Assembly (NCBI RefSeq): GCF_006345805.1
Contig: NC_043005.1
Span: 20,584,001 to 20,648,000, forward strand
Reading direction: 5' to 3'
DNA: 64,000 nucleotides
Source of the DNA: Octopus sinensis
Lineage: Eukaryota
Shown here: piece by piece, positions 42,001-56,297 of the stretch
Layout: each line of letters opens with the position of its first letter
How positions within the stretch are numbered: position 1 is the stretch's first letter
Position numbers and translations under genes: made by a program
Notes under the pieces: generated by a model
What the model was told of the DNA's origin: nothing
The model's input: only the letters and a program-made list of their open reading frames with translations
The model's database searches: none

Positions 42001-45000
42001 TTCTTCAATTTGTTTCACTCAATAATCTTTATTATAACATTGTCATTATCTACTCATTCTCAGTCTCCTTCTAAATTAGACACATCATCAATATCAATAT
42101 CAATATCTTATCAATTCCAGTTTACACAGAAATCGACTGTGGAACTCCAAAAGACATTTCTGGTACATTTAAGGTGTACAAAAGTACTGCCTATAAAGCT
42201 GAAGTGACCTATATTTGCCCTGATGGAGAGTTTCTAAAGTCAGTATGTGAAAAGGATGACAAATGGACTTTTGTAGCATCCACATGTGAAGGTAACATAA
42301 ATAGATTTCCTCTTATTGTTTCTGTCTATGTATTTTTATTTTATTTTTGTTCTAAATGCCTTTGTTAGAGGAAGACTGGCTAACTCCATGACAATTTCCG
42401 TGGTGCTTGTGGCTGGATGGAGTAGAGAGGAAAATATTGTCAGACCACAATCCTCTGCAAATGCAGACAGAGTGGACATCATTAATTCTAGCCAAGAGCC
42501 AGATATTAAATTGGGTGATGGATTAAGTCTAACAACTAAGAATTTGAACTGTGGAAGCTTGTTTCTTCCAGTAGGTTTCTGCATAGTCTAATTATTTTTC
42601 CAATCTTCCTTTCTTAAATACTACTACTACTGCTACTAAATGATGATGATGATGATGGTGGTGGTGGTTTCTAATTTATTCACAAGAGCAGGAATTTTTC
42701 ATGAGTGGGGTTTAAGTCTTTACCATAGACTTCAGTACTTGAATGGTACTTCATTTTATTGACCTCAGAATGGATAAAATGCAAAGTTGACTTTACTGGA
42801 TTTTAACTCAGAACATAAAGAGCCTAAATACATAATGCAAAGGATTTCTTTTAAAATTCTAATGATTCTTTGAGTCAACAGTCCTTAATTATAAAAATAA
42901 TAATGATGTCTTTATTATTATTTTGGCTGCTTGTGTTTGCAATTGTTCCCAACATTCATGAGCTTAGGTGAGGACAAGCATGATACCCAATTTAAAGGTA
43001 GCTTGTTAGCTTTTTTGCCAACATCCACCAACCACTTCTCTTCTGCAGATTGAATGCTGGAACTGGCCTATTACTACGCCAGTATCACCAATTCTAGCAT
43101 CGAATTCAACCTCCTGCTTCCAATCATTTGTGAATATGGACTCACTTGTCTCAGTAATGTTTCACTAACCTGCAGAATGCTGTGGGAAGACTTTCACAAG
43201 GAGTCTTTGCAACACTAATTCTCATCCCTGTTTTGCAACATTCAGCAGTGAACCCATTCAGTGCATGCTGGAGATTGCCTTCTGATGAACCAAATAGTAC
43301 AAAGTTGTCTGTAAATATCTGCCAACCAATCCTTTACTTACCAATTGTGATACCACTTCCACAGTGGCTGCACATGTCAGTCCACTTCATAAGAATTATA
43401 AAAAGTACAGATGACAATATGCTCTACTGCTGGAGTTCAGTACTCACAGTGTAAGATTTTGACTCAACACTATTTACCTAAACACAGATATGAGGTGTTA
43501 TCAAAATGTTCCTGGACTAGTTCTGTAGCATGTCAACAGATGGCAGCACACAGTTGCATGTGTAGTGAGAGATAGCAGTGAACATCATGAGGCAGTGTAT
43601 TGAGTGACGTTGCTGTGTTTATTTCACAAGTTGTGAAATTTGTGTTTTTATGATCATGTGTATGCTGTAGTCTCTGATTTCATCATGGACAGGAAGATGG
43701 AACAAAGAGCCAATGTGAAATTTTGCATTAAACTTAGGAAGTCTTCTACAGAGACATTGAGCATGCTTCAGAAAGTTTATGGCAATGAGGCAATGGGTTG
43801 TACACAATGTTTCAAGTGGCACAGGCACTTCAAAGCAGAAGAACATTCCTGGAAGATGATGAGTGATCTGGAAGACCTGCCATGAGCAACACCCTTAGAA
43901 ATGTGGAAAAAATTCATCAGCTTGTGCATAAGGATCGTCAGAAGACAATTAACGATATTGCTGATATTACTGGTCTGTTATATGGGTCCGTGCCAGCAAT
44001 CCTAATGTCTGGATTGAACATGCAGTGTACCTCCACCAAGTTTGTCCCCCACCTGCTGACAAACTGGGCAGAAAGAACAATGTGTCGAAGTATGTCAAAA
44101 TCTCCATCTGCCACTCTCTACACATCCTAGGAATATTAGAACCAGTGTATTGCTGTGACTATTTCAAAGAAGATGATGTTTATACTGTGGTGGAAGGAAA
44201 ACTGGAAGCAACAAGAGATGATATCAAGTCAGCAAGTGAGAAGAAAAGTTTTTACCTGCTTGCGGTTTTTTGCTATGTGCCCAGGGTGGCCACATTGGAA
44301 CACACCACCATTGGCTTCAGTTCTGTGCACTCCCTGACTATGTGTGAACCTTGACATTTGAAAGACGGTCCCTTGGTCATTTGCCTTGCCAGACTCTTGC
44401 TGTAATTGTTTGCTACCTGTCTCATCATCCCACTTGTAGCTGTCATCACTGTTGCCACTACATCTTGAGTGTTGCCTTGCATCAACACATATGATTTATC
44501 AATTGTCTCTCCTACAGATATCGTTGCGATATCTGGCATCTGCTGTAGATGTACAGAGATATTGTCAGGGAAGCTAGTTTCAAAAGTCAGCTTCACTATC
44601 TGCTCCATTGCTGCTCCAATAAACCCTGCTACGCTCACCAATCTCCTAATCTCGCTCACATAATTATCTATCTGCTTGTTGGTCCATCTAACCTTTCTGA
44701 ACTTGCTGTAGGCTTTAAAAGTACCCTCTGTGTACACATCCTTCAGCCACTCTTAAATTTTTTCTGCTTTCTTTTTGTCTGCCTCATCCATCTCCAGGTA
44801 GAAACTCAGTGTGTTGCCTTCTAAATACAATAGTATGAGGCTTGTCACATCTTTTATTCCTTGTAGCTTCACCACTAATCTCACCTTCTTGATCCAGGCC
44901 ACCACATCACCTTCCCCAGTGAATGATCTCAACACATCATTTCCAATTCTGAATTTTGTGGCCATTACAAATAAAGGGCATGAACAACAAAATTTATTAA

Positions 45001-48000
45001 AAAATCTACTTCTTGGATGTATCCTCACAACTGGTAAAAATATGCTGAAATAGCTTGTAGTTTGAAGGCACATAAATAAAATTGTTCTTGCCTCAACTTG
45101 CAATCAAGTACTCCCAGCAGATTGATCACTTCTTCACCTGAGTTCACACAATCTCTCTCTGTCTACAACTGGTGTCTGTCACTACCCATGTTCCATGGAA
45201 AAACCAAATGCAGGGAAAAACTTTTCTTTTCACTTGCTGATGTGACATAATCTCTCATTGCTTCCAGTTTTCCTTCTACCCTTGGTGCACAGTGCAGTGG
45301 GAAAAATGGAAAGGTGACTGCAATCAGTACTTTGAATAATGTATCAATGGATAGAATGCTGTGTCATGTCCTAGATATTTGTAGGGTGTCCTAGATATTT
45401 GTAGCTTTTCCAGTGACGAAGGGGAGGGGGAAGGCGACCCCAAGACCTTATGGAGATCTCTAAGGGAATGTCATCCTCCCAGGTGGATGGATGATTATGA
45501 GACAGAACAGGGGAGCAGTGATCTTTAGATCAGTGGGATGTATGGTGGAAGGAAGACTGGAAGAGACCAGAGATGAAGTCATGTCAGTGAGTGAGAAGAA
45601 AAGTTTTTTCCTGTGTTTGGTTTTTCCTGGGGACACGAGCAGTGACAGATGCCAGTTGTGGACAGAAAAAGGTTGTGCTGACATGGGTGAAGAATTGATC
45701 AATTTCCTGGTGGTACCTGATTGCAAACCATAAAAAGTTAAGTAAATAAGTAAATAAATCACAAAAACTTAAGTAAATAAGTTATTTTTTTTATTATACA
45801 TAACTAGTCCTGGAACGTTTTGATAAAACCTCATATTTGGGCATTCATATAGGAACTTCATGACAACCAGAAGTTACACATTTATCCCAGACTCTTGCAC
45901 AACCTTCCACAGCATATCCCATGTCATGTAGTTTTAGCCCTTTCCATAGCCTATGAAGCAAATATATGTCTCTTGGAAGTATCCTACGATTTCTTAAAGA
46001 CCTTTCATAGAGTGGATATTTGGTCAGTTGTACTGCATCTAACATGGAAGCTACACTGTTCTTTAGCTAGCCTGTGCTCATCAATTTCTCTATATCTCTT
46101 TTCTAGACACCTAGTGTAGTCTTTACTGAGAAGGAGATTCCTCTATGATTAGGGCACTCTCATTTGTATCTATTTTTAAAAATTGGGATTAACACCTTGG
46201 ATTTCCAAATGTTTTGTATCTTTCCAGAGGTCTAGGTCCCCTGACATACATGAGTCAGCCAGAGAATACTTACTATATTTAGGGATTTTAACATCTCTGG
46301 CTGAATTTCATCCTCTCCAGCAGCCTTGAAACAATCGAGCACTTTAATTGCCTCTATGACTTCAGTCTTTGTGTGAGTTTAATTTGCTCCTAAATGCATC
46401 GTGACCATTGGAAGATTTTATTGTGATTGGATTTAGGAGATCACCAAAGTATTCTTTTCACCTTCCAATGATGCTTTTCTCTTAGATTGAAAAACCCCAG
46501 CTGATTTCTTAATGTCAAGTGTGGAAAAGATCTTCTTGTCACGAAGTCAATGGTTGGTCTATCAGAACACTTTATTAACCAGTTTAAAGAAAAGTCCATC
46601 TTAACTCTGAAGCCCTCCCATGATTTAACCATCTGTTTTTACTGTTTCAGCAGCATGTTTATGTACCTCAGAGTACTGCATATGTAAATGGGTTTTGTAA
46701 GCCTCCTGTTTTGCTGGTTAAACCAGGAGGTTCTTTTACTCCCTGGTACTACACCGAGTCACTTTCACCTGCTACATTGTACCGTCAAAGAAGAACCTGC
46801 CAAACAAAACATTCTCCACTCTGCTTCAATATTCACAGTTTCTTCAGGAAAGTGTCTGAATCTGGATGCATTTGTATTTTTCATATTTGTTTCCAATTCC
46901 ATCATCCACCAGGGCTTCCCATTTTACCCTATAAGTCATCTTGGACGTATCAGATTTGTGAGTTATGTCTGCTGTACATTGTCTAAGATTGCAGACAACT
47001 AGGTAGTTATTAGTTGATAACTCAGCCACTTTCTTTACAGGAATGTCCACCATGGAATAAAAAAGGTTTATGATGACAACAAAACTTGTCAGTGACCTCT
47101 ATCCAAAATTATCATGATATCAGTTATACTTATGGATATTCCTGTGTTGGAAGAAGGTGTTCATATTAGAAGCCCTTTTCCTGCACAGAAGTGTAGTAAG
47201 GACACTCCATCATTCACATTCAATTCAGGGTCACTATTTCTCCTAATCGCATGTTTAACATCCAATGATCATTGCCAACATGTGCATTGCAGTCTCTTTG
47301 TAGGACAAATGTCTCAGACTTTACTACATCTAAAGCTTCCGTAACTTTGTCAAGGAAGGATTTGTACTTGGCACATATACTTACAACACCACAACAATCT
47401 GTTCTTCAGCCTAAGCTTTGGGAGGAAACCCTTCCACTTAGTGGTATCCACACTATAACAAAATCCTAGAGCCAGGTGCTTGTGTATATCCCCACACTTG
47501 AGTAGTGGAATTTCCAAATATACTGTACCAGAAGCACAGAACCAGGTAGAGGAGACACTGGCTATATCTAGTTGGTTTCTGGGTTTGAAAATGAATAAAA
47601 TTATAGTTTTTCTCTCTATTTCCTCAATAATCTAATGACAGTGTTTTTAACATAAAAGTAAAGAACTCCAATAGATTTAACACAATATTTATAGAAACAT
47701 GCCTCTCGTATAGAAACATGTTTTCATCATGTTGAGTGGTGTTTGTGGCAGAATTAACATACCAGGTACTGGTAAAACTTACTTAATGTAAATTTAAATG
47801 TGATGAATTTGTCAAGATTGGTGAGGATTTCAAGCTGAAATAAGCTGTTCAGGTGAGCATTAGGCCTATTGTATGTTTTGACCTACCCATAAATCAAATG
47901 TAACCTTATTTCTTTATCCAAAGTTACCCTATATACATAAAATTTGATTTAAATTTAGTGCTCCATCCCGGTTTGTAATGAGTTTGTTACAATTTGTGAG

Positions 48001-51000
48001 GACTTCAAGCTGACCACAAGGCCTATTGCATGTTTTGACCTACCCATAAATCAAACCTAACCTTATTTCTGCATGTAAAATTACCATACATAAACAGTAT
48101 TTGATTCAAATTTAGTGCTCCATCCTGGTTTATGATGAATTCTTTACAATTAGTGAAGATTTCAAGCTGAAATATGGCTAAATATCAGTAAATATTACTT
48201 GGTTTTAGGCAGTTTTAACTATTTTTTCCAATTATTACCTTTTAAATTGGGATGTGTCTAATGTATCAGACCATCTTATAAGCCACAAAATATGGTATAT
48301 ATTTGTGCATATATATATATGTATGTTTATATTTATGTCTGTGTGCTGACTTCTTCACTTTTTTTCATTCTGTATACTTTATTGTTTGTTTGTCTTTGTC
48401 TTCTTATTCTCCTCCTCCTCCTAGTATTGATGAACTTTTGGTATCACACTGGAATCAATTTTTGTTTTCATTTTCAGCTTATGAAAAAATTAACTGTGGT
48501 ATTCCAAAGGATGTTGTTGGAGCTATGATGTCCTATGAAAACACCATCTATAAATCTGAAGTGACCTATATTTGCCCAAAGGGAGTAAAATTAAAGTCAG
48601 CATGTGGAAAGGACAAAAAATGGACTCCAGTGGCTTCTACTTGTAAAGGTAATGTGAATAGCTTCTGTCTTCTTGATTCTGTTCCAATAAATTTGTTTTA
48701 ATTTGTGATAAATGTCTTTGCTAGAGGATAATTTCTATGGCTTTTGTGGCTGATAGGAGGGAGAGTGGAAGGTATTTTCATTCAGGGACCTATCTAAATG
48801 CTTACAACTTGTCTCCAATTGGTTTCCACCAAATTTCATCAACAGGGCTTAGCTGTGAAGCAAATTCCTAAGCAACACAAAAAAAAGCTCCATAACTCCA
48901 TCTGAAATCACATTATTGTTAAGTAAACTTATTGCATCCACAGCTCATCTGGGTAGCTTTTCTGTTAATTTCTAATTTAACCATTCTCATTTGAACGTTG
49001 TGTCATTCTCCAAAATTCTGTACAATATAATGTCTGTGTCCTTCTTTATAAATACTCAGTAATCCTCCGAAACAGACATCTGATGCTCTTGCTGCCTTCC
49101 AATCCATTACCCATAATAATAATAATGATGACTAATATTATTATTCATTTATTCACTTACCATCTCCTAATTTAGCTATTATCATGTTTCAGCTTCATTC
49201 CCCAGCATAGAGATGCAACACTTTTCTAAACACAGGGGTATTCCATGTATTTCTGCCAACTGAATACTTCCTATGAAGTTTGGTATTTGCAACTTTTGAT
49301 GCCAGAATATTGCCCTCTTTAAGTTGGCCCCAAGTGCAGGGATCACAATAGGTACCACACTCACTTTTGTGACTCTATAGGCTTGTTTCATTTTCAATGC
49401 TAAGTTTTTGTTCTTCTAACTTTCTCATTCTCTGGCTTCACAACATTCTGGTCTGCAGGTGTAGCTATGTCAACAAAGGTCCATCCTTTGGACTCCTTCA
49501 GTAGAAGAGTGATATCTGGTCAGTTATCCCTTGTGAGTTTCTTCTGACCATCCCCTGCTACTGGCAAATGTTGGTGTTCATACCACTTGTTCAAGTGTTC
49601 TAGCCCTTCTTGCAAAACTCCCAGTGTATTCACACAACCACTTTATTATAGAGGTTTTGTACTCCTTTTGGGTCAGTTTTGAGCATCCACTAACTACATC
49701 TCTGACTGTATCAGATGATTTTTCACATAGTCTACACAAAGGTGGTATTGATGTTGTATTAATGATACACTTGATTGAACTGGTTTGTAAATCTTGTTCT
49801 TGAACAACAAAAATCCATCCTTCTGTCTCCTTAAAAAAAAACTCTTAACCCTCTCCAGGATTCTTCATCAATTTCATCTAATGTTTTTGGAAAAACTCTC
49901 CTTGTAGGACTTCCTCTTTCCAGTTGATGATCTTTTCTCTATTATTGCTCATATTGTACACACCATTGTCACTGATCACCTTCTCACTCACTACAGAATG
50001 CAACATTCTTTTAATATTATTCCTCAGATAGGCATTCAAGGACTTGGTCTCTTTCACAACACTATCTCCTATTCCAACTAGTCCTCTTCCACCTTCTTTT
50101 CTAGGTAAGCAAAGCCTTGCTATGTTACTTCTAGTTTAAAAGCACCCATGCATAGCCATTACATTCCTAGCTTTTCTATCCATGTTGACTAATACCTCCT
50201 TTGTCCATTCCACAACTCCTGCATAATAATGTATCACACCTAAAGCCCAAATGTTGATACCTCTAATCAGATCCATCTATTCAACTTCATAGCTTTTTAG
50301 CTCTTCTGATATATTCAGAAGAAATTTTCTCCTTCATCTTCATGTTCACCATCTGGCCAAATTATAAAACAGCAAGGTAGTTTTAATCCTCTCTATTCAC
50401 TTCTCTTATGCACTCATCATCTGGAAGTTGTACTCTACTGCTAATTATTATTATGTGTGCAAAGCAATGAAACTCTTTTGCATGCACTCATGCAGTGTCT
50501 AAGTATTACTGATTTGTGGAGTTATGTCAAATAGCTGTGATCATGTCTGGGACAAGTCCAACTATTGGCTGAATCCACTACCTACCTTTAATGGGGTATG
50601 GCAGGCAGTGTTCCTCTGTCTAGTGGCTAAGGCAAAAGAAATTGTGTGAAAGGACTGAGTCAAGAGCTTATTGGCATTTTAAGTTCTACTTGGAAAAGAA
50701 AGTTAGAGTGAAAAATTAAGTGTTACCTCCCAGTGAATTTATGAAAAGATGTATGATTCTGGCAAAAATGGTTAGAGTGAGTGGCCCTACTCAAAATATG
50801 TGCCTGTAGATTGGAGAGATTGTCAAAATGAGGCTGAAGTATGTGCAGATTCTGATGCTAGTTCCGTTCTCTTAAATGATTTCATCAGCTATGTAATACC
50901 ATGTATACATTGAAAATAAAGATAAGGATGACGATGCAATCCTCTTGAGTGTACAAGGATCTCTATCAATGATCCCTGTAAACTCTATGGCCAAGTGTCC

Positions 51001-54000
51001 TCTCTAGTTATTGTTCTCTGACCTGCAGGTTTATTTATTTTGGTCTCTTGTCAACTTTTGCCACTTTCAACTTACTTCTCTTGAGGAAAGTGCCTTCCTC
51101 TCCATCCTCACCATCTTTACCAGTGAAACTTTAAAAATGTTGATGAGGTATCGACCAAAGAGGAAAGTCAGTGTCAACAGACCTAGTATCATCCTCCATG
51201 CAACCACTTTTTGCTGTAACAACCAGAGAAGAAAACTATCTTCTCTGCCTGGTTAATGGAGGGTGTGTTGCAATCATCATGATTCCCATCGCTGGCGAGT
51301 AGATCCATCTCTTTACAAAAACAGCAGCTGTTTGACACTCTACATGTCAATTATGCTTGGATAATGAAAGAGTGTATGCAACATGATTTTGTTTTACTGC
51401 ATGCATCTTACATAGGCCTGCCTGACCCCTAACCAAGCTAAGATTAAACCACTGTATTTGGCATTTATTGATCTGGAGAAAGCCTTTGACAGAGCCCTTT
51501 AGTCTGTGATATGGAGGTCTCTGAGAAAGCTTGTGAAAGCTGTACAAGCCATGCTCATGAGTGCTATTGGAAAGGTGAAAATTAGTCATGAATACAGTGA
51601 CAAATTTAGTGTGTATGTAGGTTTTTAGTCTCCTCCTTATTCATCATTGTCTTCCAGGCCTTAACAGAGGAACTTAAGATTGGCTTCTCTTTGGAACAAC
51701 TATATGCTGATTGTCTCACTCTCATAGTGGAATCTGTAACAGAATTAGAAAAGAAATTACTACTGTGAAAATGAAACCTGTAATCAAATGGTCTAAGTTA
51801 ACTTAGTAAAGACTAAGGATATGGTAAGCAAGAAAGCAGATAGGACCCTACATACTCAAGTAAATGGCCTTGCTCAATATTTAGAAATAATGTAGGCAGT
51901 CATTTCATACAGTGTACATAGTGCAAGCTATGAACACACCAGAGATACAGTGGAATTACAGGAAGGTTAATGGAGAAAGTTTTTGTAAGTGGAAGATGTA
52001 CTGGTACCATAAAGTCTGAGGTCACATGTGAAATTGAATTTCTCAAATGCCTAGGAGGCTCCCTAGAGGCAGTAGATAGTTTGTTACCTAGGTGACCTAA
52101 TTAGCAGTGAAGGAGGATGTTCTGAAAGAGTAGTCTCTGGAATGAGAATAGGACAGGGAAAGTTCAGAGAACTGTTACCTTTGTTGGTAACTAATTGTCT
52201 CTATCTCAAGTAAAAGGCTGATCATATGATGTTTGTATACATACAGCAATGTTACATGGTAGTGAAATTTGACTCCTGAATGCAGAGTACATGTAAGGAC
52301 TAATGAAGAATGAAGTCAGTATGCTCTGCTGGATTTGCAATACTTGTGTGCATGTACAACAAAGTGCGAATGTATTGAGAGAAAAGTTAGGCATAAGAGG
52401 ACTCAGATGTAGCATACAAGAGAGAAAACTGCTCTGGGTTGATCATGTGATGCATAAGGATAAGGACAGTTATATAAAGAAGTGCCGGTTTCTTAAAGTC
52501 AATGGAACTTGATTGGAAAATATAGGATGAAGTATTGAAGGCTGATCTCAAGATGCTGAGCCTTACTGAGAAGATAGCAAAAGACAGATTATTAACATTT
52601 TTCTGTGCTTATAATGACATTCTCTCTAACATGTCAAGTATTCTCCACTCATGCAGTATTATGTGGCTGCTGTACTCACCTGAGAGCAGTATCAGCACAT
52701 ATTACATCTCATCTCCTTCAAAACAATCCCCCCTCCCCATTGGAACTACTTTCATTTCTCATCATCCCTACCCAAACTATTTCAACCAATCACTACCTTT
52801 CAGTACCTTCAGCCACTGCTCTCTCTATCCTCTTCTATATTCCATTCTAAACACCTCTTTTATCTGCTATTATTGTCAATAATCATTATGATCCACCTAC
52901 TAAAGCCCCTTATGTATTCCTATATCTCATTTCTGCTCTGACACGTTACCCATCATTCTTTCTTTTCTTCCCTCCTTCTTGAACACTCAGATATCTTCCA
53001 CTTTAATTCCTCTGTATACTGGTATTTCCTATCATCAGTTCCACCACCCTTGTTCATCACTCATCACATTAACCTCTATTGCCACCTGTTTACTCTCCAC
53101 TCACACTCTTATGAAGGGATCCACTATCACATCTCCTCCCATGATTTTCCATTTGTATTTTATACTCACCTTCTTGTTGCTTGAGAGCTTGCTCTAGCAA
53201 CACTTCACTGTCTTCCTTGTACTGTTTTTAGCCATGAATCTCCTCTAGAGAAAGAGACCTGTACTTGTCCTATATCACAAATTAGCTTTTCAACACTTGA
53301 CATACAGCCATACACTTACACCTTCCCCTCCTGAATATTTCCTCTTGGTAGGGAGCTTTTCCCAAATCCTTTTCTCTTTGTTACATAGCACCCTCAATAG
53401 TACCAGTTGCTCAAAAAGGGTACCCTGTACACTTTGTAAAGTGGTTGGCATTAGGAAGAGCATCCAACTGTAGAAACCATGCCAAAGATGACGCTGGAGC
53501 TTGATGCAATCCTGCAGCTCCCCGCTTACCTCTCTAACTTTCATAACCATGCTAGCATGGAAAGCATATGATGATGATGATAACGATTATGATGATGATG
53601 CTATTATGGACCACGTTAATCTCATAAGAGTAGACCTAAGAATTTCAAGACATAGCTGTTTCTACTTGACTAACTTAACAAAATATAAAAATACCTCCTC
53701 ATCCTAAAAAATTATGCATTTATTATTTAGAAACATGGCCAAATATAATCAGAAAAAAGGAGAAATCAATGAGATTGTGTGATATTCATGTTCTCTTTAC
53801 TGTCTATGTAAAGTGAACTGACTTAGACTGAGTATCAAACCCAAATCATTGACTTCTCAATCAACACTTATATTAAAAGAATGAGGGCAAAAATACTCAG
53901 GATAATTCCCTGCATGGAAAACAAATAGTAAAGTGGCTACTAATTGAAGCAAGATATAATTGATTAAAATTTCACCCTCAGAGTGTGGTAAGATAACCTC

Positions 54001-54860
54001 ATAAAGATAGACACTTTTTTTTAACATTACTAACCACGTAACTAACCATATAAGTTAAATCCTTTTATGTTCTATGTTCCAATCCCAACAGGTTGTATTT
54101 TGCCTCACATATTTCTGAAGGCTATTAAAAAAGCACTAATCAAATACTGAGGTTCATTTATTTTTATCTATCCTTACTGCAGATTCTGTGGCCCTGTGCT
54201 TAATTTAGGAACCATTATCATTAATGTTGGTAACATCGACAATAATTATAATTAATCTTGTCATTAAGGATGATGGATTGACAGAACCTTCAGAGCATGA
54301 GACAAAATATGTTGAGATATTTGTTCTTATTTATATTCTAAGTTCAAATCCTGCTGATGTCAACTTTGTTGTTCCAGGGCTGTTAAAATACAATGCCAGT
54401 CAAGTGTAGGGGCCAATTTATTTGACCAATTCCTAACTTAAAGTTTTGGCCTTATTACTATGTTAGAAATTAATATTATTATTGTTATTTTTCATTGGCC
54501 TAAATTTTACATTAACTTTTAGATCCTCAGATCCATTTTGTGAAAGTAAAAGATTCGGTTCTGGATGTATCTGGAAAAATATTGTGGAAGAAGAAAAATG
54601 TAACAACAGAAGCCTGTGCAGAAAAATGTTTGACTGACAAAACTTGTTTATCATTTGAAATAAATCGCAAAAGTGGAAAATGTTACTTATCAAAGAAAAC
54701 TGCAGCTTCTGTCAAGAAATTAAAGTTAGCTGAAAGTAAAGATTACCACCAACGAGTAAAATGTAATTATTCTTTGTATTATATTATTGTTCTTTACCTC
54801 ACATTCTGAAATTTGTATTTCCATTTCTACTGAAACAAGCCAGTAAGAATCTGATATGCA

Positions 54861-54892
<32 letters not shown>

Positions 54893-56203
54893 AATTATGT
54901 AGATATTTAGCTCACTCTGGTTCATGTTAACATCCAGAAACTTGAAAAGCAATTTGAGTGCAGAGAGAATGGTGCTACATCTCAGCAAATTTGTTGATAC
55001 AGAAATGAGTTGTGAGCATGGTGCAAATGAATTTGAAAATTCTTGGTATACGCCTGAAAACTGGAGACAGGTTACTGAGAGAGAAAACTTGTCTTAGTGT
55101 TCAAGGTGACTGTAGTCAAGTAATCCTAGGCGATTTCCCATTCTTTGGGGAAATTTTCCTTGTTTGAAATTTTAGTTTCTTTGTCATTTTACTTTTTGCA
55201 TGATCTTTTATGTCATTTTACTCTGTATCTTTATCTTGCATCCCCATCTTTATTGTCTCACCTTAATAATTAATAAAGATATTAATTAATAATTAATATC
55301 TATTTCATAGATATTTAAAAAATATTAGGTAATTATGTATAAGTACCTGCAACTGAAATTCTGAATAAAATATTTAAAAACCATCTTGTACTTTTTTTAA
55401 ATGATAATTTTGTATACAAAATTATTTTTCAGCTTAAATCACTCTACTCAGAATTAATGTGAATTCTATTACATCATGAGACATGTAGTTTTGTCTCAGA
55501 GCTTAGGTTGTAGATAATCCATTTGTACAATGCCCTTCCCATGGAGTCCTTTTGTTTAAGATTGAATGGCCATAGCAATACTTGATATGTTGGTTGACTA
55601 CCTGTTTAAGAGAGTATTGGCCCTACAAAATTGTACCACTAGAAGAAATATGTACAATTGTATTGTCTGCAACCTATATGTTGAGACAAGGTTTCATATA
55701 TGTCTGAATATGTTCTAAAATTCACATGAATTCTGATTAGGGTGTCATTTGGTGAAACAATTATTTGTCCATTTACAAAACCACATGTACTACATACTTT
55801 GAAATATTTATGTGTGTGTGTGTCTGTGTGTGTTTAGATGGGTGGATGAGTATATATACTCGTATAGATTTCTCATTTTCTTTTTCTTTTTGCAGCTGGT
55901 GAGCCTTTGAAACTTAAAAAAGTTAGCATACCAGTCCATGATGTTTTAAGACAGTTTAAGAATAAAAACTTGAAGGAGTGTAATGAAAATTGTTATCAAT
56001 ACGCAGAATGCAATTCTTATGGTTACAATGAGGAAGCTAAGATATGTGTACTTAGTAATGTGACTCAACTGACTCATGAGCTTAAACCTGTCACAGGAAG
56101 CTGGGATATATACATCATTCACCCCGGTCAGTACAATATTTCCATTTTATTTATGTGTGCATATGTCTGTGTGTATTTAAATATATGTATATGTGGACAT
56201 ATA

Positions 56204-56260
<57 letters not shown>

Positions 56261-56262
56261 CA

Positions 56263-56297
<35 letters not shown>

